The notes under the pieces are model-generated. The model saw nothing but the letters and a program-made list of their open reading frames with translations, did not search any database and was not told the origin of the DNA. A DNA stretch of 64,000 bases from Myxococcota bacterium (GTDB lineage Bacteria > Myxococcota_A > UBA9160 > SZUA-336). The stretch's first letter is position 1; the number at the start of each line of letters is the position of its first letter. The position numbers were made by a program, and so were the translations under genes. This document shows positions 26,721 through 35,366 of this stretch, one piece after another. The stretch lies in assembly GCA_965247115.1 (NCBI GenBank), contig CBDFGR010000002.1, forward strand, positions 1,600,001-1,664,000. Direction: 5' to 3'.

Positions 26721-27725
26721 CTACTCCAAAGGGGATGATCCCGGCAGAGATCTGACTGGCTCTCGGTATCGGAGCCGCTTCCCCTCTCCCCGCTGGATCG
26801 CGCGCACGGTCCGCGCCCCATCGTCCAGCCCTCGCGTGTTGTAGCGGTATTCGAACTCGCTCACGTAGCGGTGCAAGTGCTTCTTGCTCACGCTGTGGAA
26901 GGTCCCGTACATGCCCCGCTTGATGAGCGAGAAGAAGCCCTCAATGGTGTTCGTGTGAACGTCTCCCCGGACGTACTCGCGGGCTCCGTGCTTCACCGTC
27001 TTGTGCCCGCCCATGAACTCCATTCCCACGTAGTCGTAGGACCGCTCCTCATCCGTCATGACTCGGGCGCTGCGATCCACGAATCGCCGCAGATTCCCCA
27101 TGAGGTTGTCCTTGGTGACGCGATCAATGACCTGGGTGCGAACCTCGCCCCCGCGCTCAACCACGGCAAACACGGGCGTCTTGAGCGTGGCGCGCCCGGT
27201 AATGCGCTTGCCTGGGAGGTTGCTGCGGCCCTTGTAGCGCGGCTTGCCACCGACGTAGGTCTCATCGGCTTCGACCGTGCCCGTCAGCTTCCCTCGGGGC
27301 GTCTTGGGCATGGGAGCCATTGCCCAGCGGATGCGGTGCATGAGGAACAGAGCGCTCTTGTAGCTCAGGCCAGTCTCGCGCTGGATCTGGAGCGCGCTGA
27401 CACCTTTCTTAGAGCTGCACGCGCGCCAGAAAGCGTGACACCAGATCCGAAGCGGGATCCGGGAGTCTTCGAAGATGGTCCCTATCCGTACAGTGAATTG
27501 GCGCTTACAGCCCTGGCAGCGCCACAGGAACCGCTTGTTCCGGCCCCCCTCGCGATCCTGCATCTGGTAGACGCTGGTATCACCGCAGCGGGGGCAAGCC
27601 GGGCTCTCGCCCCACCGCTGTCGCTCGACGAACTCCACGGCCGCGAGTTCGTGCCGGCATGCTTCAGGAATCTGAGCGAGCAGCCCGGAACGGGCACCTC
27701 CGACCTTGCCTTGACCCTTTGCCAT
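26721..27725 (-). CDS. IS1595-family (ISXO2-like) transposase
   Basis: Zn ribbon CPRC/CQGC, HTH (KGVSALQIQRETG), VEADETYVGG, VMTDE, HTNTIEGFF, HLHRYVSEFEYRYN. Confidence 0.93.
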   Translation of the reverse strand: MAKGQGKVGGARSGLLAQIPEACRHELAAVEFVERQRWGESPACPRCGDTSVYQMQDREGGRNKRFLWRCQGCKRQFTVRIGTIFEDSRIPLRIWCHAFWRACSSKKGVSALQIQRETGLSYKSALFLMHRIRWAMAPMPKTPRGKLTGTVEADETYVGGKPRYKGRSNLPGKRITGRATLKTPVFAVVERGGEVRTQVIDRVTKDNLMGNLRRFVDRSARVMTDEERSYDYVGMEFMGGHKTVKHGAREYVRGDVHTNTIEGFFSLIKRGMYGTFHSVSKKHLHRYVSEFEYRYNTRGLDDGARTVRAIQRGEGKRLRYREPVRSLPGSSPLE

Positions 27726-27731
27726 GTGAGT

Positions 27732-27760
27732 ATTGTAGTAAGTTCAATTGGTTGCGTCAA
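27732..27760 (-). promoter_or_regulatory. Leaderless sigma70 promoter of the IS1595 transposase
   Basis: Minus strand TTGACG-17 bp-TACAAT, 6 nt before ATG 27725. Confidence 0.65.
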
Positions 27761-27872
27761 GTAATAAGATATTCAGGGTGAGGCCACGACTTAAGAGCAT
27801 TAAGCCCGTAACACGCGAAAAACTGGCGTATTGACGCCAGGGAACCGATAATACGGCCGAGTCTTAACCGGG

Positions 27873-27959
27873 TCCCCCGGGAGGGGCTCGAACCCTCAAG
27901 ACGCGGATAGCGTCGCCCGGTTCCAGACCGGGTGCGTTTGCCAATTCCGCCACCGGGGG
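27873..27959 (-). tRNA. Atypical class-II tRNA-like gene, anticodon UGG (Pro) on a Leu-type body; CCA not encoded
   Basis: Acceptor CCCCCGG/CCGGGGG plus A73; D arm GCG-GAAUUGGCAAA-CGC; anticodon stem CCCGG/CCGGG with loop UCUGGAA; variable arm GACGC-UAUCC-GCGUC; T arm GAGGG-UUCGAGC-CCCUC. Confidence 0.85.
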
Positions 27960-28063
27960 GTGTCCTAGGCGGATCCGGGGAACGGAGAGGTGGGTGGCCA
28001 ACCTGAGCCTCTTCGCCCCCGGACCCTTGGGATCAGGGACGACTAGACGCCCCTAGCGGTATT

Positions 28064-28534
28064 TCATAGGCGAGTTTCCTCCTCGTGTTGCTCCACTATC
28101 TGAGACTGGATGAGTGGTCCTCCCTCCAGCGTCGTGATCGCTTCGTTGATGCGTGATCTGGGGAACCACCACCTACCGTCGCTTCGCTTCTGCGAGTCGT
28201 AGACCTGCCGAACAGGGATTCCGATCTGGTGGAGGCGCTTTTGGACTAAGGCCATCGCCGACCCGGTGCCCTTGGCGCTCTTCATGTGGAATCGCTCGGC
28301 CATTTCAGAAGCTGAAGTACCTCTCAGCCCAGCTTCGGAGATGAACCTCAACGTTTCCACAGCCTTGTGCATGGAGTCCCCAGACCTCGGAGCTGATCCA
28401 TTTCCTCTGGGCTTCGGAGTATCGGAGGTCGTCCTACTCTGGGTGGACTCCCCATACTTGCGAATCAGACGATCGAGGTCCGCCTCCGTCTCGCAGTGGA
28501 CGGAGAGCCCTCGGATCGTCACTCTGTATCCCAT
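28064..28534 (-). CDS. Hypothetical protein, possibly with an HTH (IS cargo)
   Basis: 156-aa ORF with G-rich RBS; TSASEMAERFHMKS segment is HTH-like; no family recognised. Confidence 0.55.
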   Translation of the reverse strand: MGYRVTIRGLSVHCETEADLDRLIRKYGESTQSRTTSDTPKPRGNGSAPRSGDSMHKAVETLRFISEAGLRGTSASEMAERFHMKSAKGTGSAMALVQKRLHQIGIPVRQVYDSQKRSDGRWWFPRSRINEAITTLEGGPLIQSQIVEQHEEETRL

Positions 28535-28655
28535 GACTCTTCCCCCCCCTGGGCATCGACGGCGCGCGTGTCGCCGACGGTCCTTAGGCTTTAGCACGAG
28601 AGTCTGATGTGGCGCAACATCTGACTAGTGATCTGATACCCCATCCGGAGGTTTT

Positions 28656-28829
28656 GTGGCGCACAGAAAGAAGAGACCAGGCCCAGACCCAGAGCGAGTG
28701 AAGATCGAAGGCGACTGGGAGGAAGCCGTGGGAGAAGCGCTGAAGAAGCCGCGACCCGAGGACGGCTGGCCCAAGCCCGAGAAGGGCCAGGACGAGAAAG
28801 AGCCCGAGGAAGACTCCTCGGACTCCTGA
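28656..28829 (+). CDS. Small 57-aa protein, not in the ORF track
   Basis: GGAGG RBS then GTG; MAHRKKRPGPDPERVKIEGDWEEAVGEALKKPRPEDGWPKPEKGQDEKEPEEDSSDS; ends about 40 bp before the right IR. Confidence 0.65.
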   Translation: MAHRKKRPGPDPERVKIEGDWEEAVGEALKKPRPEDGWPKPEKGQDEKEPEEDSSDS

Positions 28830-28910
28830 TTTTTCCGTGGCCTAGCGGTGCGGGGGATGATCCTAGCGCTTGTGCGCTAAGTCCATACTTCCGCTTTTCC
28901 TTCGTTTTGA

Positions 28911-30497
28911 TCACAGCCGCAAGTCTCGCCTGATCTCCCTGGCGGCGTTCCTGCCGCTCGCCCCCATCACGCCCCCACCCGGGTGAGTCGCGGATCCGCA
29001 GAGATACAGGGAGTCGATTGGGCTGCGATAGCGAGCCCAGCCCGGGGCCGGTCGCATGAAGAACAGCCGGTCTGGCGTCATGGCGCCGTGGAAGATGTTT
29101 CCCCCGGTCAGGCCGAAGATTCGCTCGACGTCCGGGGCGACCAGCGTCTCCTCGTGCTCTATCGAGTCGGAGAAGCCCGGCGCGACGGCTTCGATTTCTG
29201 CCACGATCCGGTCGCGCATCTGCGTGCGAACGGCTGCCCAGCCCGGGTCGTCCGACGCTCTGGCGGGCGCGTACTGGGCGAACACAGAGGCCACGTGGTG
29301 CCCGGGGGGCGCGAGCGAGTCGTCGAGCACGGAGGGAATCGTGAGCTCGACCATGGGCTGCTCGGAGACCGTGCCCGCACGCGCCTGCTCGAAGGCGCGC
29401 TCGATCCCATCGAGGTCACCCGGTCCAATGTGCACGGTTCCGGCGAGCGGCACAGGGTCGCGGTCGCGGCAACGGAAGCGCGGAAGCTCGCGCAGAGCCA
29501 GGTTCATCTTGACGACGGGGCTGCGGTAGTCGATTTGGCCCAGCGAGCGCGCGAACTCCTCTGGTAGGAGCGTCGGCTCGTCGAGCAGTGCGAAGGTTCG
29601 TTCGAGGTCCGCGCCCGAGACGATGGCATCTGCCTCGACCTCCTCCCCGTCGGAGAGCACCACGCCCACGGCCGACTGGCGTCTCGTGCGAATCCGCACC
29701 ACCTCCGCTCCGGTTCGGAGCGTAACCCCGGCGGCTCTGGCCGCGGCTGCGAGCGCGTCGGCCAGCCCTCCCATGCCACCTCGTACGTAGGCCCAGACGC
29801 CGCGCGTACCGGATACCGACCCCATCACGTGATGGAACAGGACGTAGCCCGTGCCCGGGGTCGACGGTGACGCGAATGCGCCGATCACCGCGTCGGTCGC
29901 GAGCGTGACCCGAAGCGCCTCGGCCTCGAAGTACTCCTCGAGCAGCTCCCGTGCGGGACCCAGCAGGAGTCGAGCCGCCCTTGGCAGGTCGCTGCGGAGT
30001 GCGAGGGCCGCCCTTCCTGAGAGCCACCACGCCTCGAGATCCCGAAGCCGCCGAGGTGGCCACTCGGGCGGGGGAACATCCAGGGTCGGCTCAAGGGCGG
30101 CGGCGACCCGCTCGAGCAGTGCCTCGTAGCGCGGGAACACCACGGCGTCCCGAGTCGAGAAGCGGGCGATCTCCTCCAGGTTCTGTGCCCGGTCCGCGCC
30201 CAACACAAGAGAGCGTTCCTGGGGCAGCAGCGTCAGCGAGGAAGGTCTGCGAGGCAGGAGCTTCAGCCCGAACTGGTGCAGCTTCAGCTCCCTCACGATG
30301 CGCGGTCTGAAGAGCGACAGGACGTAGGCTGCACGGGAGACCCGGTAGCCGGGCCAGATCTCCTCGGTCACGCAGGCGCCACCCATGACGTGGCGACGCT
30401 CCAGGAGCGTCACCCGCGCACCTGCACGTGCCAGGTAGGTCGCGCAGATCAGCCCGTTATGACCACCGCCCAGAACCACGATATGGCGCTGACCCAT
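28911..30497 (-). CDS. Phytoene dehydrogenase-like NAD(P)/FAD-dependent oxidoreductase
   Basis: IVVLGGGHNGL, GGACVTEE, GGMG, GGNIFHG, LYLCGSATHPGGGVMG; start trimmed to ATG 30497. Confidence 0.88.
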   Translation of the reverse strand: MGQRHIVVLGGGHNGLICATYLARAGARVTLLERRHVMGGACVTEEIWPGYRVSRAAYVLSLFRPRIVRELKLHQFGLKLLPRRPSSLTLLPQERSLVLGADRAQNLEEIARFSTRDAVVFPRYEALLERVAAALEPTLDVPPPEWPPRRLRDLEAWWLSGRAALALRSDLPRAARLLLGPARELLEEYFEAEALRVTLATDAVIGAFASPSTPGTGYVLFHHVMGSVSGTRGVWAYVRGGMGGLADALAAAARAAGVTLRTGAEVVRIRTRRQSAVGVVLSDGEEVEADAIVSGADLERTFALLDEPTLLPEEFARSLGQIDYRSPVVKMNLALRELPRFRCRDRDPVPLAGTVHIGPGDLDGIERAFEQARAGTVSEQPMVELTIPSVLDDSLAPPGHHVASVFAQYAPARASDDPGWAAVRTQMRDRIVAEIEAVAPGFSDSIEHEETLVAPDVERIFGLTGGNIFHGAMTPDRLFFMRPAPGWARYRSPIDSLYLCGSATHPGGGVMGASGRNAAREIRRDLRL

Positions 30498-30519
30498 GTG
30501 GCCGGATCTCGGGTCAGCT

Positions 30520-33114
30520 TCAGTCGAGCCTGGGGGGCCGGCCCGAGCTGCCAGTCTCCAAGCCGCCAGAGCTGACTTCTTCGGGGGTAGAACCCTCGCG
30601 GAAAGGCTGGAACACGGCGTTCTCGTCGCCCGGCTGCGCGAGCAGGCCGGTGGCCTCGTCGATGCGGGCGAACACCACTCCGTCTGGGACCGAGAAGTCC
30701 TCCACACCCCAGCCTTCGAGGGCGCGCTGCATGTACTCGAGAAAGATCGGGCTCGCGGCGCGGGAGCCCGTCTCATTCTTGCCGAGATCTGCGGCGCTGT
30801 CGTAGCCGACCCAGACTCCCGTCGCGATCTGCGGGGTGTAGCCGATGAACCAGGCGTCGAACAGGTTGTTTGTCGTTCCGGTCTTGCCGGCAACGGGGCG
30901 CCCCAGCGCGCGCACGCGACGCCCCGTCCCCTGCTCAACGACGGCCCGCAACATGTCGGTCATCAGGTAGGCGGTGACGGGATCGAGACTGTGGCCCGGA
31001 GGAAGTGGTGCGGGCTGCTCATCTAGCAGCACGACCTCGCGGATTTCGCCCATGACCCGCTCGAGGTCGTCCTGCTCATAGAAGGGCTCCTCGTCTTCGA
31101 GATCGAACTCCCCCTCTTCTCCCTCCGGATCCTCGAGGCTCGCCAGGAGTGGTACGTTCTCCTCGAGCAGCTCCCCGTCACGATCGCGGATCTCGACGAT
31201 GAAAATCGGGTCGATCCGGCGTCCGCCCGTCGCAAAGGCGGTGTAGGCGCGCACCAGCTCACCGAGTGTCACCTCGCTGTTGCCTAGTGCCAGCCCCAGG
31301 TTGGCTTCGAGCGGAGAGCGGATGCCGAGCCGCACGGCCATCTCGTGAACGGGTGCCAGCCCGATGTCTCTCAGGAGCTTGATCGTCGCAATATTGCGCG
31401 ACTTGGCGAGCGCCTGGCGCAAGGGGATGGGCCCATAGAACGTGTCCGAGTAGTTCTGGGGCTTCCACTGGAACCCGCTGTCCTCGTCGACGTACACGAT
31501 CGGCGTGTCGTACACGATGGTTGCGGGCGTGTAGCCGTGTTCGAGGGCGGCCGCGTAGATGATGGCCTTGAATGCGGAGCCGGGCTGGCGTCGCGACTGC
31601 AGCGCGCGGTTGAACTGGCTGCGTTCATAGTCGTAGCCCCCGATCATGGCGAGCAGGTACTTCGTCTGCAGATCGATCGATACCAGCGAGCCCTCGGCTC
31701 GAGGCTCCTGGTAGAGATCGAAGATCGGGATCGGCTCCGGCTCGGCAACCTCGACGCCATCGAAGAGGTCTCCCAGCACCTCGTCCGCGGGGTCCGCGGG
31801 CACCGGCGTCGAGTCCACCTCGCCGGGCCTCTCGCCCACCTTCTCCAGCCAGACGAGATCGCCTACATGGAGGGCCTGGCTCACACGCTTGACCCGGGGG
31901 ATGATGCCGTCGAGCGATGTGTCGGGGATGCGTGCCCAATTCAGGTCTTCCAGGTCGAGGACAGTCTCGCGGCGAGGTCCGACGGCCAGCCGCACCTCGT
32001 TGGCCTCGTCGTCGACGTGCATGACCAGCGCCCGCCATAGCTTCGTGCTGGAGCTCGGTCGTTGCTCGTTCTCCGCTCCGAGCTGTGCAAGGAGCTCTGC
32101 CCACTCGTCGCGGGGAACGTTGCGGATCGGTCCCCGGTACCCCGAGCGCCGATCGTGGGCGCGCAGTCCGCTTCGGACGGCGTAGTAAGAATCGCGCTGA
32201 CGTGTCGGATCGAGCGTGGTCTTCACGTCGAGCCCGCCGGTGTACAGCGTGTCAGAGCCATAGCGCTGCACGAGGTAGCGGCGCACCTCCTCGACGAAAT
32301 AGGCGGAGGCAATCGCGGTCTCATCGCGCATTGGCTGACGGAACTCGAGCTGTACCGTGAGGGCTCCCGCTCGCTCGGCGGGGCTGATGAAGCCGTCCTC
32401 CTCCATGCGACGGAGCACGAAGCGCTGGCGCTTGAAGGCGTTCTCAGTGCTGTTTCGTGGCGTGTACTTCGATGGCGCCGGGACGAGGCCCGCAATCAGC
32501 GCGCTCTCGGGCAGTGTGAGCTCTCTGGCCGACTTGCCGAAGTACGTGTGCGCCGCCGCTTCGATCCCGTAGGCACCGGAGCCCAGGTAGATCTGATTCA
32601 GGTACAGATAGAGGATCTCGTTTTTGTTCAGTGCCCGCTCGATGCGCATGGCCAGGACCATGTCCTTGAGCTTGCGGACGTAGTTGCGATCCGAGCTCAG
32701 GAGAAAGGTCTTCGCCACCTGTTGCGTGATCGTGCTGCCGCCCTGGCGCACTTCCCCTGCCCGCAGGTTGGTGATAGCGGCGCGCAGGATCCCCGAGTAG
32801 TCGAGGCCTTCGTGGTCGTAGAAGGAGCTGTCCTCCGAGGCGATGAAGGCCTGCACCACGTGGCCGGGAACGTCCTCGATCGAAACGACGATGCGACGCT
32901 CCTTCGCGAAGGACGCGATCTCGCTGCCGTCGACGGCGCGGACGCGGGTGATCAGGTTCGGGCGGTAGTCCCGCAGCGTGTTGATCTCGGGCAGGTCGCG
33001 CAGGATGAAGGCATAGAAGACGGCCGCGGCTGCCACACTGCCGAGGACCGCGAGAAACGCGAGTGCGAGCAGAACGTGTGCGAGGCGTTTCAAGGCGTAC
33101 TTCCTCGGTGGCAA
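30520..33114 (-). CDS. mrcA: Penicillin-binding protein 1A (transglycosylase/transpeptidase)
   Basis: SEDSSFYDHEG, GGSTITQQVAK, RQPGSAFK, SRN, GKTGTT. Confidence 0.94.
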   Translation of the reverse strand: MPPRKYALKRLAHVLLALAFLAVLGSVAAAAVFYAFILRDLPEINTLRDYRPNLITRVRAVDGSEIASFAKERRIVVSIEDVPGHVVQAFIASEDSSFYDHEGLDYSGILRAAITNLRAGEVRQGGSTITQQVAKTFLLSSDRNYVRKLKDMVLAMRIERALNKNEILYLYLNQIYLGSGAYGIEAAAHTYFGKSARELTLPESALIAGLVPAPSKYTPRNSTENAFKRQRFVLRRMEEDGFISPAERAGALTVQLEFRQPMRDETAIASAYFVEEVRRYLVQRYGSDTLYTGGLDVKTTLDPTRQRDSYYAVRSGLRAHDRRSGYRGPIRNVPRDEWAELLAQLGAENEQRPSSSTKLWRALVMHVDDEANEVRLAVGPRRETVLDLEDLNWARIPDTSLDGIIPRVKRVSQALHVGDLVWLEKVGERPGEVDSTPVPADPADEVLGDLFDGVEVAEPEPIPIFDLYQEPRAEGSLVSIDLQTKYLLAMIGGYDYERSQFNRALQSRRQPGSAFKAIIYAAALEHGYTPATIVYDTPIVYVDEDSGFQWKPQNYSDTFYGPIPLRQALAKSRNIATIKLLRDIGLAPVHEMAVRLGIRSPLEANLGLALGNSEVTLGELVRAYTAFATGGRRIDPIFIVEIRDRDGELLEENVPLLASLEDPEGEEGEFDLEDEEPFYEQDDLERVMGEIREVVLLDEQPAPLPPGHSLDPVTAYLMTDMLRAVVEQGTGRRVRALGRPVAGKTGTTNNLFDAWFIGYTPQIATGVWVGYDSAADLGKNETGSRAASPIFLEYMQRALEGWGVEDFSVPDGVVFARIDEATGLLAQPGDENAVFQPFREGSTPEEVSSGGLETGSSGRPPRLD

Positions 33115-33228
33115 GGCCCGAGCCGACCGAAGCTAGCCCAGCCCCAGAGTGCGCACAAACCTCGCTCCCGCGACCGCTGGCGAGTATTGATTCCCTGATA
33201 ATTCAACCACTTACAGTCTAGCAGGGGT

Positions 33229-33258
33229 TTGACAGCGGGGAGGCTCGGAACGTAGGAT
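33229..33258 (+). promoter_or_regulatory. Leaderless promoter of gshB
   Basis: TTGACA-18 bp-TAGGAT, 6 nt before ATG 33265; no SD. Confidence 0.6.
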
Positions 33259-33264
33259 CCGCCC

Positions 33265-34212
33265 ATGCGCCACCTATTTATCGTCGATCCGCTCGTCGGG
33301 TTGAACGTGGAGCAGGACACCAGCATCGTCTTGATGCGGGAGGCGACCCGACGGGGACACCAGGTCCTCGCCTGCGAGGTGGGCGACCTCAGCGTGGGGG
33401 ACGCTGCCGTACCGATGGCGTCCCGGGTCGACCTCGAGGTTCGCGAGGAGGAGGACTGGTATGACGCGGGCCCGCGGCGCGCTGAGGCTCTCTCGAGCTT
33501 CGACGTGGTTTGGATGCGGAAGGATCCGCCCTACGACATAGACTACTTCTTCGTCACGCACCTGCTGGGCCTGGTCTCGCCTCCCACTCTGGTCGTGAAC
33601 GATCCCATGGGGCTGCGCGAGGTCACCGAGAAGCTCTTCGTCCTGCGCTTTCCCGACATCACTCCCGAGAGCCTGATCAGCCGCAACGTCGCTGAGCTGG
33701 AGGCGTTTCGCGAGAAGCTCGGCGGCGAGATGATCATCAAGCCCCTCGGTGGTTGTGGCGGCGAGGGGGTGTTCCACCTGACACCTGGGGACCGCAACGC
33801 CAAGGCCATTCTCGAGCTGGGCACGCAGCACGGAACCACCTGCCAGATCGCTCAGTGCTACGTCCCAGAGATTCGCATGGGAGACAAGCGCGTCATCGTC
33901 GTCGAAGGAGAGCCGCTCGGAGCCGTCTTGCGTGTGCCGCGCGACGAGGAGTCCCGGGCCAACTTTCACGTCGGTGGCACGGCTCAGAAAGCGGAGGTCA
34001 CTGCGAACGATCGCGCTATCTGTGAGAGGATCGGCCCCGACCTGCGGCGGCTCGGAATCGTGCTCGCGGGCATCGATGTGATCGGGGAGTGGCTGACCGA
34101 GGTCAACGTGACCAGTCCCACCGGTATCCGAGAGATCAACGCTCTGGATGGTGTCGCGCTCGAGGCGAGCGTCCTCGACGCCGTGGAGCAGCGCATGAGA
34201 GGTCGCCGCTGA
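33265..34212 (+). CDS. gshB: Glutathione synthase
   Basis: [44 protein letters not shown]. Confidence 0.93.
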   Translation: MRHLFIVDPLVGLNVEQDTSIVLMREATRRGHQVLACEVGDLSVGDAAVPMASRVDLEVREEEDWYDAGPRRAEALSSFDVVWMRKDPPYDIDYFFVTHLLGLVSPPTLVVNDPMGLREVTEKLFVLRFPDITPESLISRNVAELEAFREKLGGEMIIKPLGGCGGEGVFHLTPGDRNAKAILELGTQHGTTCQIAQCYVPEIRMGDKRVIVVEGEPLGAVLRVPRDEESRANFHVGGTAQKAEVTANDRAICERIGPDLRRLGIVLAGIDVIGEWLTEVNVTSPTGIREINALDGVALEASVLDAVEQRMRGRR

Positions 34213-34235
34213 AACAGGCGCCCGAGGGGGAACAA

Positions 34236-35201
34236 GTGGGGGTAGATCCGGTATTGCTGCGTCACCAGTGCGACAGGACCGTCGCCGAGACCGACTTCCA
34301 AGGTCTCGGGGAACGCATTGTCGGCAAGGTCCGAGACTGCTATGTGGAGGCGGATCGGCGCACGATCGTGGCGACGGACCGCATCAGCGCCTTCGACGTG
34401 GTCATCGGGACGGTGCCATTCAAGGGTCAGGTGCTGAACCAGCTGGCGGCCTTCTGGTTCGAGAAGACCCGGGGGCTGGCTCCGAACCACCTGCTCGAGG
34501 TTCCCGATCCCTGTGTCTCGGTCGCGCGCGAATGTCAGCTGCTGCCCGTCGAGTTCGTCTACCGGGGCTATCTCACGGGGGTGTCGAAGACCTCGATCTG
34601 GATCGCGTACGAGCGGGGCGAGCGACGCTACTGCGGGCACGACCTTCCCGATGGGATGCGCAAACACCAACAGCTCCAGGAACCGCTCCTCACACCGACG
34701 ACCAAGGCGGAGCAGGGCGCCCACGACGCGCTGATCTCCCGTGAGGAGCTGATCGAGAGCGGGGTGATCTCGGCCGAGCACTACGACGCCGCGGCCGAGA
34801 TCGGCAGCCGACTGTTTGAATATGGCCAGAGCTGGGCTCGCAGTCGGGGGCTGATTCTCGTCGATACGAAGTACGAGATGGGTCTCGACGCTGCTGGAAA
34901 CGTCACCGTGATCGACGAGATTCACACGCCAGACTCGTCCCGCTACTGGTACGTGGAACGCTACGAGCAGGCAACCGCCGACGGGACGGATCCCCCCGCG
35001 CTGGACAAGGAGTACGTCCGACGCTGGCTGGATGAGCAGGGCTGGCGGGGCGAGGGCCGGCCTCCGAGATTGCCCGACGACGTGCGCTGCGAGGCCGCTC
35101 GACGCTACATCGAGGCGTACGAGCGCATCACCGGGCTCGAGTTCGAGCCGACGACGGAGGACCCCTCGGGGCGAATTCGGCGAAATCTCGGCCTGAGCTA
35201 G
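34236..35201 (+). CDS. purC: SAICAR synthetase
   Basis: [52 protein letters not shown]. Confidence 0.94.
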   Translation: MGVDPVLLRHQCDRTVAETDFQGLGERIVGKVRDCYVEADRRTIVATDRISAFDVVIGTVPFKGQVLNQLAAFWFEKTRGLAPNHLLEVPDPCVSVARECQLLPVEFVYRGYLTGVSKTSIWIAYERGERRYCGHDLPDGMRKHQQLQEPLLTPTTKAEQGAHDALISREELIESGVISAEHYDAAAEIGSRLFEYGQSWARSRGLILVDTKYEMGLDAAGNVTVIDEIHTPDSSRYWYVERYEQATADGTDPPALDKEYVRRWLDEQGWRGEGRPPRLPDDVRCEAARRYIEAYERITGLEFEPTTEDPSGRIRRNLGLS

Positions 35202-35366
35202 CGCTCCTCGGAGGAAACTTTTTTCCCCCGAAGTGACGTTTCAGGCCAAAAATGTTTGACAACCTGAAATTTCGTTGAATACCTTGTGCGTAGTTCCGAT
35301 TGACGGTGCAGTTCGTCGGTGAAGGTCTCGTCAGCTGGACACCGCGGAACAGACGGGGGGAAGACG

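Larger units (their letters stand above)
25806..28893. mobile_element. IS1595-family element with passenger genes, 3088 bp
   Basis: IRs CGGAACTAGGTACTTAGCGCACA (25806-25828) and revcomp CGGAAGTATGGACTTAGCGCACA (28871-28893), 20/23 match; 8-bp direct repeat CTTTTCCT at 25798-25805 and 28894-28901; internal IS1595 transposase; visibly more AT-rich than flanks. Confidence 0.88.

Noticed and set aside
27870..27900. tRNA as integration site (att) of an island
   Set aside because: I saw no duplicated tRNA 3' end and no integrase; the tRNA lies inside IS-type IRs and TSD.
27873..27959. tRNA-Sec (selC) or ordinary tRNA-Ser(GGA)
   Set aside because: The acceptor stem is 7 bp and there is no UCA. Centring GGA in the loop breaks the anticodon stem, and the discriminator is A rather than G.
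30498..30938. N-terminal extensions of ORF-track calls (phytoene dehydrogenase-like; likewise nucleoside hydrolase, nuoG, nuoJ, purC) read as fusions
   Set aside because: The extensions overlap neighbouring genes in other frames and have no domain character; starts were trimmed to the family N-termini.
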